A stretch of 64,000 nt of DNA from a bacterium (GTDB lineage: Bacteria > Electryoneota > JAOADG01), in contig JAOADG010000008.1 of NCBI GenBank assembly GCA_026417415.1, positions 579,612-643,611 on the forward strand, read 5' to 3'. Shown here one piece after another: positions 1 to 9,005 of the stretch. Position 1 is the stretch's first letter; every line of letters starts with the position of its first letter. Below the pieces are notes generated by a model that saw nothing but the letters and a program-made list of their open reading frames with translations, ran no database searches and was not told the DNA's origin. The translations under genes were made by a program, and so were the position numbers.

Positions 1-1387
1 TGAAAAAGGTCAGAAAATGTCAAAAAGTAAAGGGAATGTAGTTGATCCACTTGAACAGTTCGAAAAATGGGGTGCTGATCCAGTGCGATGGTTATTTTAC
101 AGCGTTAACCCCTGGACAGTAAAAAGATTTAGTGAAGATATTATTCAAGAGGGTATCCAACAAGTATTACTGCCATTATGGAATGCATATGTGTTTTTTA
201 CTACTTATGCTGAAGCAGATGGTTGGACTTTAGAAAAACAATCCAATGATTATTCTACATTGGATGCATGGATTTTGTCCAGATTAACTGAATTAATTGA
301 AAATGTTACAAATGCTTTGGAAAACTTTGATGTAGCGCGTAGTGCACAAGCGATAACTTTCTTTTTAGATGAACTAAACAATTGGTATATAAGAAGAAGT
401 AGAAGAAGATTTTGGAAAAGTGAAAACGATATTGACCAATTTGCTGCATTTACTACGCTTCATAAAGTATTAGTCACTGTGACAAAACTCATGGCACCTT
501 TTGCACCTCATTTAAGTGAAGAGATCTATCAAGGTTTAACTCAATCAGATCCAAATCAGGATATTACACAATCCGTTCATCTGGCAAAATGGCCAGAAAC
601 AAGTGATATTGGGAAACGTGATCTTGAATTAGAAAGAAAGCAATCATTAATTCGTGATATAGTTACCATTGGGCATAATCTTCGTCAGTCCCAAAACCTT
701 CGTGTCAGGCAACCTTTACTTCAAATGAAAGTGTGCCATCGTACCGAAGATTTAAATGCTATTGAGGAAATTGAAAAAAATGAACATGTTATTTGTGAAG
801 AACTCAACTTAAAAAGAGTCACCTTTCATATACATCCTAATGAAGTTGTTACTTTTCAATGCAAACCTAATTTGAAAACTTTAGGACCAAGATTTGGAAA
901 CCGATTGAAAGAGATTTCAATTAAAATTCAAAATTTGAATTCTGAACAAATAGAGAATGCTTTGAAAACTAAGAGTTTACAAATAGAACAAGAGACATTC
1001 TCTTTGGATGATTTGTTAATTAGTTGTAATGCAGAAAATGGTTGGGTAGCTCGAATGGAAGGTGATTGGATTATTAGTATCCAAACTACCTTAACTGAAG
1101 AATTGTTAGCGGAGGGGTTTGTTCGTGAATTGGTCAATCGAATCCAAAATGCAAGAAAAATTTCAAATTTTGAAGTTTCTGATCGGATTCATATTGATCT
1201 CTGGTTTAAAGATAAAAGTGTAAGTAAATTATTGAATGATCCATTAATACAATATCTTAAAAGAGAAACACTCGCAGTAAGTTTGGATATTCATACAAAC
1301 CATAATATCCAAGAGTATCAAGAAGTTTCAGGATATGAAGTCAAGTGGGCAGTAAGAAAAGTTGAAAGTAGGAGGGAAAATGTCTAA
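1..1387 (+). CDS. ileS: Isoleucyl-tRNA synthetase, C-terminal part (5'-truncated by the window edge)
   Basis: The reading frame is open from nt 2. The translation begins ...EKGQKMSKSKGNVVDP, which is the class-I KMSKS motif region, followed by an IleRS-like anticodon-binding and C-terminal domain. The stop codon is at 1385-1387. Confidence 0.9.
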   Translation, partial: EKGQKMSKSKGNVVDPLEQFEKWGADPVRWLFYSVNPWTVKRFSEDIIQEGIQQVLLPLWNAYVFFTTYAEADGWTLEKQSNDYSTLDAWILSRLTELIENVTNALENFDVARSAQAITFFLDELNNWYIRRSRRRFWKSENDIDQFAAFTTLHKVLVTVTKLMAPFAPHLSEEIYQGLTQSDPNQDITQSVHLAKWPETSDIGKRDLELERKQSLIRDIVTIGHNLRQSQNLRVRQPLLQMKVCHRTEDLNAIEEIEKNEHVICEELNLKRVTFHIHPNEVVTFQCKPNLKTLGPRFGNRLKEISIKIQNLNSEQIENALKTKSLQIEQETFSLDDLLISCNAENGWVARMEGDWIISIQTTLTEELLAEGFVRELVNRIQNARKISNFEVSDRIHIDLWFKDKSVSKLLNDPLIQYLKRETLAVSLDIHTNHNIQEYQEVSGYEVKWAVRKVESRRENV

Positions 1388-1778
1388 AACACGTCTGTAC
1401 TCACCGGAAGATGCAGAACATTTCCGGCAGATTTTACTTAAAAAGAAAGAGAAGATTTTACGTGATTTGGGTTATTTAGAAGATTCTACAAGAAAAATGA
1501 CCCCTACTGAAATGGCAGGTGATAATTCTGCTTACGCTTTTCATATGGCGGATCAAGGTACGGATGCTAATGAACGTGATAAAGCCATATTATTGGCTTC
1601 TCGTGAAGGACGCTATTTAGCAAAAATTGAAGCTGCACTCAAACGAATTGAAGATGGTACTTATGGAATTTGCACAGTGTTTAATAGACCCATTGAATAC
1701 GCTCGGTTAGAAGCAATTCCCACTACAACAAAATGTGCTGAAGCAAAATTAGCAGAGAAAAATGGTGAAATGGATTGA
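1380..1778 (+). CDS. TraR/DksA family zinc-finger protein
   Basis: An AGGAGG at 1370-1375 precedes the ATG at 1380. The ~130-aa protein has DksA-like coiled-coil region and a C-terminal C-x(n)-C segment (GICTVFNRPIEYARLEAIPTTTKC). Its position between ileS and lspA is a conserved arrangement. The ORF track's 1362 start is a TTG; I prefer the ATG at 1380. Confidence 0.75.
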   Translation: MSKTRLYSPEDAEHFRQILLKKKEKILRDLGYLEDSTRKMTPTEMAGDNSAYAFHMADQGTDANERDKAILLASREGRYLAKIEAALKRIEDGTYGICTVFNRPIEYARLEAIPTTTKCAEAKLAEKNGEMD

Positions 1779-2301
1779 ACAATGGCGGTTAAGCTCACAC
1801 CGTTATGGTAAGTATTGGTTGCTTTTCGCGCTGATATGGTTTTTATTCGATCAAGCAACTAAACAACTTGCAATTTACTATTTGAAACCGATTGGCTCTA
1901 TTTCTATAGTAGGGGACTTTTTACGATTAACCTACGCAGAAAATACAGGAATGGCTTTTTCCATTTCAATTTTACCTTCTTGGTTTTTACTGATAACAGC
2001 AATCATAACATCGGTATTATTAACTCTGTGGATTTGGAAAATCGATTCAGGATTTATTTACAATTTAGCTTTTTCATTAGTTCTAGCAGGTGCTTTAGGA
2101 AATGGTATAGATAGATTACTTTATGGATATGTTATAGATTTTATAGATGTAGATTTTTTTGATTTTATTTTGTTAAGATGGCCTATTTTCAATTTGGCAG
2201 ATAGTGGAGTGACCATAGCAATAATCTTAATCATCATTTCTACTTTCTTTCAAAAAAACCGTCTTCAAGTGAATTCCACACAAAGTTCTGATCTATCCTA
2301 A
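1762..2301 (+). CDS. lspA: Lipoprotein signal peptidase II
   Basis: A 179-aa polytopic membrane protein with the LspA signature blocks (FDQATKQLA, NTGMAFS, NGIDRL, FNLADS). It sits directly after ileS-traR, as is common. Confidence 0.9.
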   Translation: MVKWIEQWRLSSHRYGKYWLLFALIWFLFDQATKQLAIYYLKPIGSISIVGDFLRLTYAENTGMAFSISILPSWFLLITAIITSVLLTLWIWKIDSGFIYNLAFSLVLAGALGNGIDRLLYGYVIDFIDVDFFDFILLRWPIFNLADSGVTIAIILIIISTFFQKNRLQVNSTQSSDLS

Positions 2302-3068
2302 TGCTATCTTTCATTCAGTTAAATTTCTGGAAAACACAAAGAACCTTTCTTTTAGTTTTTATTGTAACGACTCTTTTTCAAGATAACTTTGCAAATATCG
2401 TCATTCCTGATAGACCGAAAGCATTTGTAAATGATTTTGCAAATATCATTCATAATGAAAAGGAAAATTCAATTGAACAACTTTGTAGAACGTTGGAACG
2501 TCAATTGAATGGTGTTGAAATCGCCGTAGTTACATTGAAAGAGTTAGAGGGAGAAACAATAGAAAATGTGGCGTTCAAATTCTTTGATGCTTGGAAGATT
2601 GGTAAGAAAGGAAAAGATAACGGTTTACTATTCATAGTAGCAGAAAAAGAAAGAAAAGTAAAAATAGAAGTAGGTTATGGTTTGGAACCTATTTTACCCG
2701 ATGGATTAATAGGTGAATTTTTAGATAGAGGATTCGTCAATACTTTTCGTATTACACAAAATTATGGCGATGCAATTTACAATACCATTAGTATGATCGG
2801 TTTGCGAATAGCAAAAGTTGAAGGAATTCGGTTAGATAGTGTACAAATGAATGTCTCACCTAAAAAGAAAGCATTTCGATTTCCAGTTTGGTTATTGTTT
2901 TTGTTGTTTTTGTTACTTTTTGGGAGGAGGCGAAAACGCTTCATTTCAATAGGACCTTGGGGTGGATTTGGAGGTGGAGGGTTTGGAGGATTTGGTGGAA
3001 GTAGTGGAGGATTCGGTGGTTTTGGAGGTGGTCTATCGGGTGGTGGTGGCGCATCCAGAAGTTTTTAA
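2301..3068 (+). CDS. TPM-domain (YgcG-like) membrane protein with a Gly-rich C-terminal tail
   Basis: An N-terminal signal or TM segment is followed by a TPM/TLP18.3-like domain. After that come a TM segment (WLLFLLFLLLF) and a GGFGG repeat tail, typical of YgcG-type TPM proteins that usually pair with LemA. The start overlaps the lspA stop by 1 nt. Confidence 0.75.
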   Translation: MLSFIQLNFWKTQRTFLLVFIVTTLFQDNFANIVIPDRPKAFVNDFANIIHNEKENSIEQLCRTLERQLNGVEIAVVTLKELEGETIENVAFKFFDAWKIGKKGKDNGLLFIVAEKERKVKIEVGYGLEPILPDGLIGEFLDRGFVNTFRITQNYGDAIYNTISMIGLRIAKVEGIRLDSVQMNVSPKKKAFRFPVWLLFLLFLLLFGRRRKRFISIGPWGGFGGGGFGGFGGSSGGFGGFGGGLSGGGGASRSF

Positions 3069-3082
3069 CGAAAGGAAAGGCA

Positions 3083-3820
3083 ATGAAATGGTTACGTAAA
3101 GAAATCAATTTACAAAAAGCAATCCCTTTCCTTGTAGAAAAAATGAAAAATGTAATCAACGATCAAATACATTCTTTGATCCTATTTGGTTCTGTTGTGA
3201 AAGGGAATTGGAATCCAGAGCATTCGGATATCAATCTAATTTGTGAATTTAAAGATAAGCAATTAGATGTTTTAGATTATGCCATTTCATTAAAAAAAGA
3301 TTTTCAGGAATATCGCGTTAATTGTTTGTGGTTTGGTTTTGGTGCGTTATTAAAATCAGCGGATGTCTTTCCGATAGAAATGCTTGACTTAAAATTGTAC
3401 CATGAACTTTTGTATGGCGAAGATCTATTAAAAGATATTCAAATTAATAAAAAAGATTTACGATTGGCTTGTGAAAGAATTGCACGTGAAAAATTGCTTT
3501 CTTTACGAACTGAATATTTGAATGTTGCCGGAAATGAAAAGGCAATACGTTCGTTACTTATAAAATCTTCACCCACATGGGGTGCTGAATTTCAAGCAAT
3601 ACTATATTTAATGGATGAAGATATTCCACAAGATTTAAAATTGCGTGCTCGAAAAGTAGGTGAATTGCTAAATATAAATTCAGCTGCCTTTGAAGCGCTT
3701 TTTGAATGGCGCAACAATCCTAAAACTGGTGATTTAGTATTTTTAATGCATATTCTTCGTGAATATTTAAATGGTGTTCAAGAGTTGGTTAATCATTTGG
3801 ATAAACTGGAGGTCAAATGA
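3083..3820 (+). CDS. Nucleotidyltransferase-domain protein (minimal-NTase motif plus a C-terminal helical domain, KNTase-like)
   Basis: The motif LILFGSVVKGNWNPEHSDINLICEF matches the pol-beta / MNT signature hG[GS]...SD[IL][DN]L. It is followed by a ~150-aa alpha-helical region, as in kanamycin / lincosamide-type NTases. An RBS-like aaggaaagg lies upstream. Confidence 0.6.
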   Translation: MKWLRKEINLQKAIPFLVEKMKNVINDQIHSLILFGSVVKGNWNPEHSDINLICEFKDKQLDVLDYAISLKKDFQEYRVNCLWFGFGALLKSADVFPIEMLDLKLYHELLYGEDLLKDIQINKKDLRLACERIAREKLLSLRTEYLNVAGNEKAIRSLLIKSSPTWGAEFQAILYLMDEDIPQDLKLRARKVGELLNINSAAFEALFEWRNNPKTGDLVFLMHILREYLNGVQELVNHLDKLEVK

Positions 3821-4410
3821 ACAAGTTCAAATCTAATCAACGAGGAGCTTTAAAAGGTTGGATCATATTTATCGTTATTTTGGTCCTTTTATTGTTCGCA
3901 TTGATTTGGTTGAAAAATACTTACAATCAATTGGTTACGATGGATGAAACACTTAAAAATGCTTGGGCACAAGTAGAAAATCAACTTCAACGCCGATACG
4001 ATTTAATCCCAAATCTTGTTGAAACAGTTAAGGGGTTTGCTGAACAAGAGAAAACAGTGTTGTTAGGAGTAACTGAAGCACGGGCTAAAGTAGCTGGTGC
4101 ACAAAACCCAGAACAAAGAATGAACGCTGAAAATCAGTTATCAGGTGCTTTGTCACGTTTACTGGTTGTAGTAGAAAATTATCCGCAATTAAAATCTGAT
4201 CAGAATTTTATACGTTTACAAGATGAATTAGCAGGGACAGAAAATCGTATCGCTGTTGAACGAATGCGCTATAATGATGCTGTAAAAAATTTTAACACTT
4301 TAGTACGTAGATTTCCAACAAATGTTATTGCAAGTCTTTTCAATTTTAGTGTCAAACAGACATTTGAAGCACCTGCAGAAGCAAAAGCAGCACCTAAGGT
4401 GAAATTTTAA
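3817..4410 (+). CDS. lemA: LemA family protein
   Basis: The protein has an N-terminal TM segment then a LemA domain (NTYNQLV...VENQLQRRYDLIPNLV...ENYPQLKSDQNF). It overlaps the upstream NTase gene by 4 nt. Confidence 0.85.
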   Translation: MNKFKSNQRGALKGWIIFIVILVLLLFALIWLKNTYNQLVTMDETLKNAWAQVENQLQRRYDLIPNLVETVKGFAEQEKTVLLGVTEARAKVAGAQNPEQRMNAENQLSGALSRLLVVVENYPQLKSDQNFIRLQDELAGTENRIAVERMRYNDAVKNFNTLVRRFPTNVIASLFNFSVKQTFEAPAEAKAAPKVKF

Positions 4411-4462
4411 TTTTTGTTCCTTCGTTTTAATGTGTATCTTTTAAGAAAAAGATGAAAAATCT

Positions 4463-5305
4463 ATGAATATAACGTTTTGGGGAACTCGTGGTTCGGTCCC
4501 GTCTCCTGGTCCATCAACGATTCGGTATGGTGGAAACACGACTTGTTTAGAAGTATGTTTTGCAACTGGTGAAACAATTATTATTGATGCTGGAACAGGT
4601 ATTCGCCAATTGGGTTATGATTTAATGAAGCGTATGTCACCAGTTTCAGTTTCATTGCTTTTTACACATGCGCATTGGGATCATGTACAAGGTTTTCCAT
4701 TTTTTATTCCGGCATTTATTGCAGGTAACCATATTGATATTTTTGGTTCAGAAAATGCGCAAAGATTGATTCAGGATTCGATTTTTGAAGCAACTGATAG
4801 TAGTTTTTTCCCAGTAAAAAAAGATGATTTCAAAGCTAATTGTATTTTCCATTTAAATGATCAAATTGTTCCAATCATTAAAAATGGAAGCATTCTTACT
4901 ATACGCTTGAACCACCCGGGAAGTGGGTATGGCTATCGTTTTAATAGCAATGGAAAATCTTTCGTTTTTCTTACTGATTTTGAAATAGGTAAGTACTATG
5001 AAGATGGATGTTCAATAGATGATTTAGAAAAGTTTGCTCAAGGGTGTGACTTGTTAGTTATGGACGCACAATACACTGATGATGAAATTGTATACACACG
5101 CGGTTGGGGTCATTCTACATTTAATGAAACAGTGGATTTTGCAATTCGAACTGGAGTGAAAAAGTTAGTACTGTTTCACCATGATCCTAAACGTTCAGAT
5201 GATGAATTGGATCATATTACTGCAGAAATTAGAATCAAATTGGCCTCACAAAAAATAAAATTAGAGGTTTTACCTGCTCGTGAAGGTGAGACTATTTCAA
5301 TTTGA
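4463..5305 (+). CDS. MBL-fold metallo-hydrolase
   Basis: The N-terminus WGTRGSVPSPG...YGGNTTCLEV...IDAGTGIRQL and the metal-binding motif HAHWDH are characteristic of the Lactamase_B_2-type MBL fold. Confidence 0.8.
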   Translation: MNITFWGTRGSVPSPGPSTIRYGGNTTCLEVCFATGETIIIDAGTGIRQLGYDLMKRMSPVSVSLLFTHAHWDHVQGFPFFIPAFIAGNHIDIFGSENAQRLIQDSIFEATDSSFFPVKKDDFKANCIFHLNDQIVPIIKNGSILTIRLNHPGSGYGYRFNSNGKSFVFLTDFEIGKYYEDGCSIDDLEKFAQGCDLLVMDAQYTDDEIVYTRGWGHSTFNETVDFAIRTGVKKLVLFHHDPKRSDDELDHITAEIRIKLASQKIKLEVLPAREGETISI

Positions 5306-5314
5306 GTAATTTCA

Positions 5315-6721
5315 ATGAATAAGAGTGATCATCCATTACGAATCAATATAAGATTTGCAATCTCTCCTAATCCATTGCAAGAAAATGGAATTACACTGCC
5401 AATAATTAATTCCTATTACCATTCTAAAGCTCAATCTGCTTATGACAAAGCAATAAAATTGCGTGAAATTGGAGAAATAGCTTGGGCGGATTTACCCTAC
5501 GATTCTGGAATTTCAGACCTGTGTATAGAATATGCGAAACAAATTAGAAATCAATTTTATCACTTTGTTCAAGTGGGTATAGGTGGAAGTGCACTTGGCG
5601 CACAAGCGATTTTAGAAGCTTTAGTAAATGAAGTTCAAGACACAAATTTAGGACTAACTTACGAAATACTTGATAATATTGATCCCTATGAAATGAAAAA
5701 ACTGTTACAACGTTATGATTTAAATAAAACAGTTTTTCATATTGTTACAAAATCTGGTTCTACACCTGAAACGATGGCTCAATTATTCATTTTATTTGAG
5801 TTTATGAAACAGAAAGTAGGTGATCAGTGGCGTAACCATTTTTACATTACAACAGATCCACGTGAGGGGGATTTAAAAAAGTGGGCAGTAGAAGAGCAAC
5901 TTCCTACTATGCACATTCCTCCTAAAGTAGGCGGTCGTTTTTCTGTTTTAACATCAGTTGGCTTGCTTGCAGCATCGGTATTTCAATTAAATGTTTACAA
6001 ATTGTTAAATGGTGCAAAATGGATCGAAAAATTTTGTTGGGATAGTAATATTGAAAAGAATGTTGCATTAAAACTTGCAGTGTTGCTTCATCGTTTTCAA
6101 AAAGAAATAGGAATCCAACAATTTGTAATGATGGCTTATAGTAATCGGTTGTATCGTTTATGTGATTGGTTTAGACAATTATGGGCTGAATCATTAGGAA
6201 AACGTTTTGATGAAAATGGAAATGAAATATATACTGGTAGCACACCTATCCAAGCCTTAGGAGCAACAGATCAACATTCTCAAGTTCAATTATATATTGA
6301 AGGTCCAAAAGACAAACTAATACTTTTTCTTTCTTCACCATTTGAGGTTGATCTGTTAATCCCTAAATCACCATTTCAATTTGAAACAAGCTTAAAGTAT
6401 CTTGAGAAACACTATTTAGGTGAGCTTTTGCTAACTGAGATGTTGGCTACACAAATAGCGTTTCTTGAAGCAGGAAGACCAACGCTTCATATAGAATTAA
6501 ATGGACATACACCTGAAGCAATAGGTGCATTTTTCTATTTATGGGAAATGGTAACAATGTTTGCAGGTTTTCTAAACCATATTAATCCATTCGATCAACC
6601 GGGAGTTGAAGCAGGCAAAAAAAATACAGCAGCAATGTTGGGAAAAGTTGGAATGGATGAATATCATCAAAAAGTGAAAACTTTACTTGAATTAAATCCA
6701 CCTCTGTACATTGATGAGTGA
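5315..6721 (+). CDS. pgi: Glucose-6-phosphate isomerase
   Basis: A 468-aa protein with the PGI SIS-domain motif KSGSTPETM and a conserved C-terminal catalytic region (GQHSQVQLYIEG). Confidence 0.85.
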   Translation: MNKSDHPLRINIRFAISPNPLQENGITLPIINSYYHSKAQSAYDKAIKLREIGEIAWADLPYDSGISDLCIEYAKQIRNQFYHFVQVGIGGSALGAQAILEALVNEVQDTNLGLTYEILDNIDPYEMKKLLQRYDLNKTVFHIVTKSGSTPETMAQLFILFEFMKQKVGDQWRNHFYITTDPREGDLKKWAVEEQLPTMHIPPKVGGRFSVLTSVGLLAASVFQLNVYKLLNGAKWIEKFCWDSNIEKNVALKLAVLLHRFQKEIGIQQFVMMAYSNRLYRLCDWFRQLWAESLGKRFDENGNEIYTGSTPIQALGATDQHSQVQLYIEGPKDKLILFLSSPFEVDLLIPKSPFQFETSLKYLEKHYLGELLLTEMLATQIAFLEAGRPTLHIELNGHTPEAIGAFFYLWEMVTMFAGFLNHINPFDQPGVEAGKKNTAAMLGKVGMDEYHQKVKTLLELNPPLYIDE

Positions 6722-7574
6722 TAGAGAAAATATTAAAATTGCATTAGCACAGATTTCACCGAAAATCGGCGACATAGAAGACAATTTACAAAAACATTTA
6801 CATTTAATAGATAGAGCAAAACAAAAAAGTGTAAATGTGATTGTATTTCCTGAATTGTCATTATCAGGATATTTATTAAGAGATGGTGTATTCGATATTG
6901 CGATTTCAAAAGAAGATGATCGATTAAAATCGTTTTTGGATAATAGTTACGGTATTACAATTTTGTTAGGATTAGTAGAATTATCGGATGATTTCAAACT
7001 TTACAATAGTTTTTTTGTTTTTGAAGATGGTAAATTGATTCATATCCATCGGAAAATATACTTACCTACTTATAGTGTTTTTGAAGAGAAAAGGTTTTTT
7101 GCAGAGGGCGATAAAGTTCGTTCTTTTCAATCCAAGTGGGGAACCTTTGGAGTGCTTATCTGTAATGATATGTGGCATCCTACTTTGTTGTGGCTATTAT
7201 CTTTACAGAATTCAGAGTTAGTATTTGTCCCTGCTGCAGCACCATTAAGAGGATTAAAGGAAAACAAAATATCAGATTCTCAAAGAATTTGGAAACTGCT
7301 TTGCGAATGCGGTGCAAAAACTAATACCTTATATATAGCGTTTGCTAACCAAATCGGTTGGCAAGATCAACTTTACTTCTTTGGTGAATCTGCTTTATAT
7401 GGTCCAGATGGATCTTTAATTCATCAAGCAAGTTCAGATAAAGAAGATCTTCTTTTGGTAGATGTGGATTTCCAATTTCTCAAACGTGAGAGAATTGTTA
7501 CGCCACTTCGTAGAGATGAACGGGTAGAGTTAATCGCCCGTGAATTACACTTCCTTCGGACGATTTCTAACTAA
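6714..7574 (+). CDS. Carbon-nitrogen hydrolase family protein (nitrilase / amidase superfamily)
   Basis: The catalytic Glu (VFPELSLSGY), the Lys region and the Cys motif (LICNDMWHP) are present. I prefer the ATG at 6714; the ORF track's 6711 is a TTG one codon upstream. Confidence 0.85.
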   Translation: MSDRENIKIALAQISPKIGDIEDNLQKHLHLIDRAKQKSVNVIVFPELSLSGYLLRDGVFDIAISKEDDRLKSFLDNSYGITILLGLVELSDDFKLYNSFFVFEDGKLIHIHRKIYLPTYSVFEEKRFFAEGDKVRSFQSKWGTFGVLICNDMWHPTLLWLLSLQNSELVFVPAAAPLRGLKENKISDSQRIWKLLCECGAKTNTLYIAFANQIGWQDQLYFFGESALYGPDGSLIHQASSDKEDLLLVDVDFQFLKRERIVTPLRRDERVELIARELHFLRTISN

Positions 7575-7649
7575 TAAATTCAATAGAACTTTTTACGTCC
7601 GATTTACTCACTGATCAAGTGATTCTAATAATCCCTAATTGGAGGAGAT

Positions 7650-8945
7650 ATGACTTCACGTAAGACACCCAGAATTCATTCTAAACAAACCATAAGTGCA
7701 TTTGAAAATGCAAAAAGGCAATTTGATGTCGCAGCGCGCTTACTAGGACTTACTGAAAATCAGATTGCAATGATCAAAGAACCCCGCCGTGTTACAAAAG
7801 TATCTTTACCTGTCCAAATGGATGATGGACGTATAGAGATCTTTGTCGGTTATCGTGTCCAACATAACATCGCTCGTGGTCCTGCCAAAGGTGGAATTCG
7901 CTACAGTCCTATGGTAACTGAAGACGAGGTGAAAGCACTTGCTTTTTGGATGACCTATAAATGTGCAGTGTTAGACATTCCGTTAGGTGGTGGCAAAGGT
8001 GGTATTGTTTGTGATCCCAATAAACTGTCACGAGGTGAGTTGGAACGGTTAAGTAGAAGATATTTTGCAGAAATGCATGATTTATTCGGACCTGATCGCG
8101 ATGTTCCTGCACCAGATGTAAACACTTCAAGTCAAGTTATGGCTTGGATGATGGATACTTATTGTATGCACGAAAATAACTACATCCCAGCAGTTATCAC
8201 CGGAAAACCGCTGGAAATTGGTGGTTCAAAAGGACGTGAACAAGCTACTGCGCAGGGTATGGTCTTTTGTGTATTGCAAGCTGCAAAGCACTTGAATATG
8301 AAACTGAAAGGTGCAACAGTAGCCATTCAAGGTTATGGAAATGCAGGTTCAAATGCTGCTTTACTGCTTGAAAAAGAAGGTTGCAAGATTGTTGCAATTA
8401 GTGATGAATTTGGTGCTTTTTATGATAAAAACGGTATTGATGCGAAGCACGCAATTGATTATAGAAAGGCGAATGCAGGAAAGTTATCAGGTTATGATAA
8501 AGTATCTTCTGCAAAACCCATTGAAGATCCAATGAAACTGTTAGAATTGGATGTTGATATTCTTATTCCTGCTGCGATTGAAAACCAAATCACTGAAGAA
8601 AATGCAGAAAATATCAAGGCAAAATTAATCGCTGAATGTGCTAACGGACCTATTACACCGGAAGGCGATATTATTTTAGACAAGAAAAATGTATTTGTTA
8701 TTCCTGATATTCTTTGCAATGCTGGTGGTGTAACAGTTTCTTACTTTGAATGGGTACAAAATAGAATGGGATATTATTGGAGCGAAGAAAAAGTGTTAGA
8801 AGAATTAAAGCGCTATATGGATAAAGCATTCGAAAATGTACTGCGTGTTTCTTTAGAACGAAAAGTAAATATGCGTATTGCTGCTTTTATGGTTGCTATT
8901 GACCGTGTTAGAACTGCAACTGAATGGCGTGGATTGTATCATTAA
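7650..8945 (+). CDS. gdhA: Glutamate dehydrogenase
   Basis: A strong RBS (GGAGGAGAT) precedes the ATG. The protein has the Glu/Leu/Phe/Val dehydrogenase signature (LGGGKGG, GYGNAGS Rossmann) and is 431 aa. Confidence 0.9.
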   Translation: MTSRKTPRIHSKQTISAFENAKRQFDVAARLLGLTENQIAMIKEPRRVTKVSLPVQMDDGRIEIFVGYRVQHNIARGPAKGGIRYSPMVTEDEVKALAFWMTYKCAVLDIPLGGGKGGIVCDPNKLSRGELERLSRRYFAEMHDLFGPDRDVPAPDVNTSSQVMAWMMDTYCMHENNYIPAVITGKPLEIGGSKGREQATAQGMVFCVLQAAKHLNMKLKGATVAIQGYGNAGSNAALLLEKEGCKIVAISDEFGAFYDKNGIDAKHAIDYRKANAGKLSGYDKVSSAKPIEDPMKLLELDVDILIPAAIENQITEENAENIKAKLIAECANGPITPEGDIILDKKNVFVIPDILCNAGGVTVSYFEWVQNRMGYYWSEEKVLEELKRYMDKAFENVLRVSLERKVNMRIAAFMVAIDRVRTATEWRGLYH

Positions 8946-8961
8946 TAGACAGTGAAATGAT

Positions 8962-8992
8962 TCAGGCGCTGGTTTTTCTTGCCAGCGCCTGA
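8962..8992 (+). terminator. GC-rich stem-loop (11-bp perfect stem, 9-nt loop) between gdh and pyrH; terminator-like but without a 3' U-tract
   Basis: TCAGGCGCTGG (8962-8972) and CCAGCGCCTGA (8982-8992) are exact reverse complements. The loop is TTTTTCTTG. The stem is GC-rich in an AT-rich genome. It sits 14 nt upstream of the pyrH ATG. Confidence 0.4.
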
Positions 8993-9005
8993 TTGGCTTA
9001 AAAGG

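Noticed and set aside
2941-3060. Repetitive GGATTTGG / GGTGGA-type DNA repeats, considered as a possible CRISPR or tandem repeat
   Set aside because: They encode the Gly-rich GGFGG tail of the TPM protein. They are in frame and irregular, with no spacer structure.
3083-3820. Possibility that the NTase is a CBASS / cGAS-like cyclase or HEPN-MNT antitoxin
   Set aside because: It is too short for CD-NTases. There is no adjacent effector, HEPN (Rx4-6H) or cap gene, and the C-terminal helical domain fits the KNTase-type architecture better. I kept it only as a generic NTase.
4485-4510. tRNA T-arm-like string cgtggttcggtcccg
   Set aside because: It lies inside the MBL hydrolase coding sequence (WGTRGSVPSPG). 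There is no cloverleaf context. No intergenic gap in the window is long or structured enough for a tRNA, and I found no T-loop (GTTCGA/GTTCAA-type) consensus in any gap.
7600-7630. Small palindrome TCACTGATCAAGTGA upstream of gdh
   Set aside because: It has only a 5-bp AT-containing stem around a TGATCA core. It is too weak to call a terminator or operator without comparative data.
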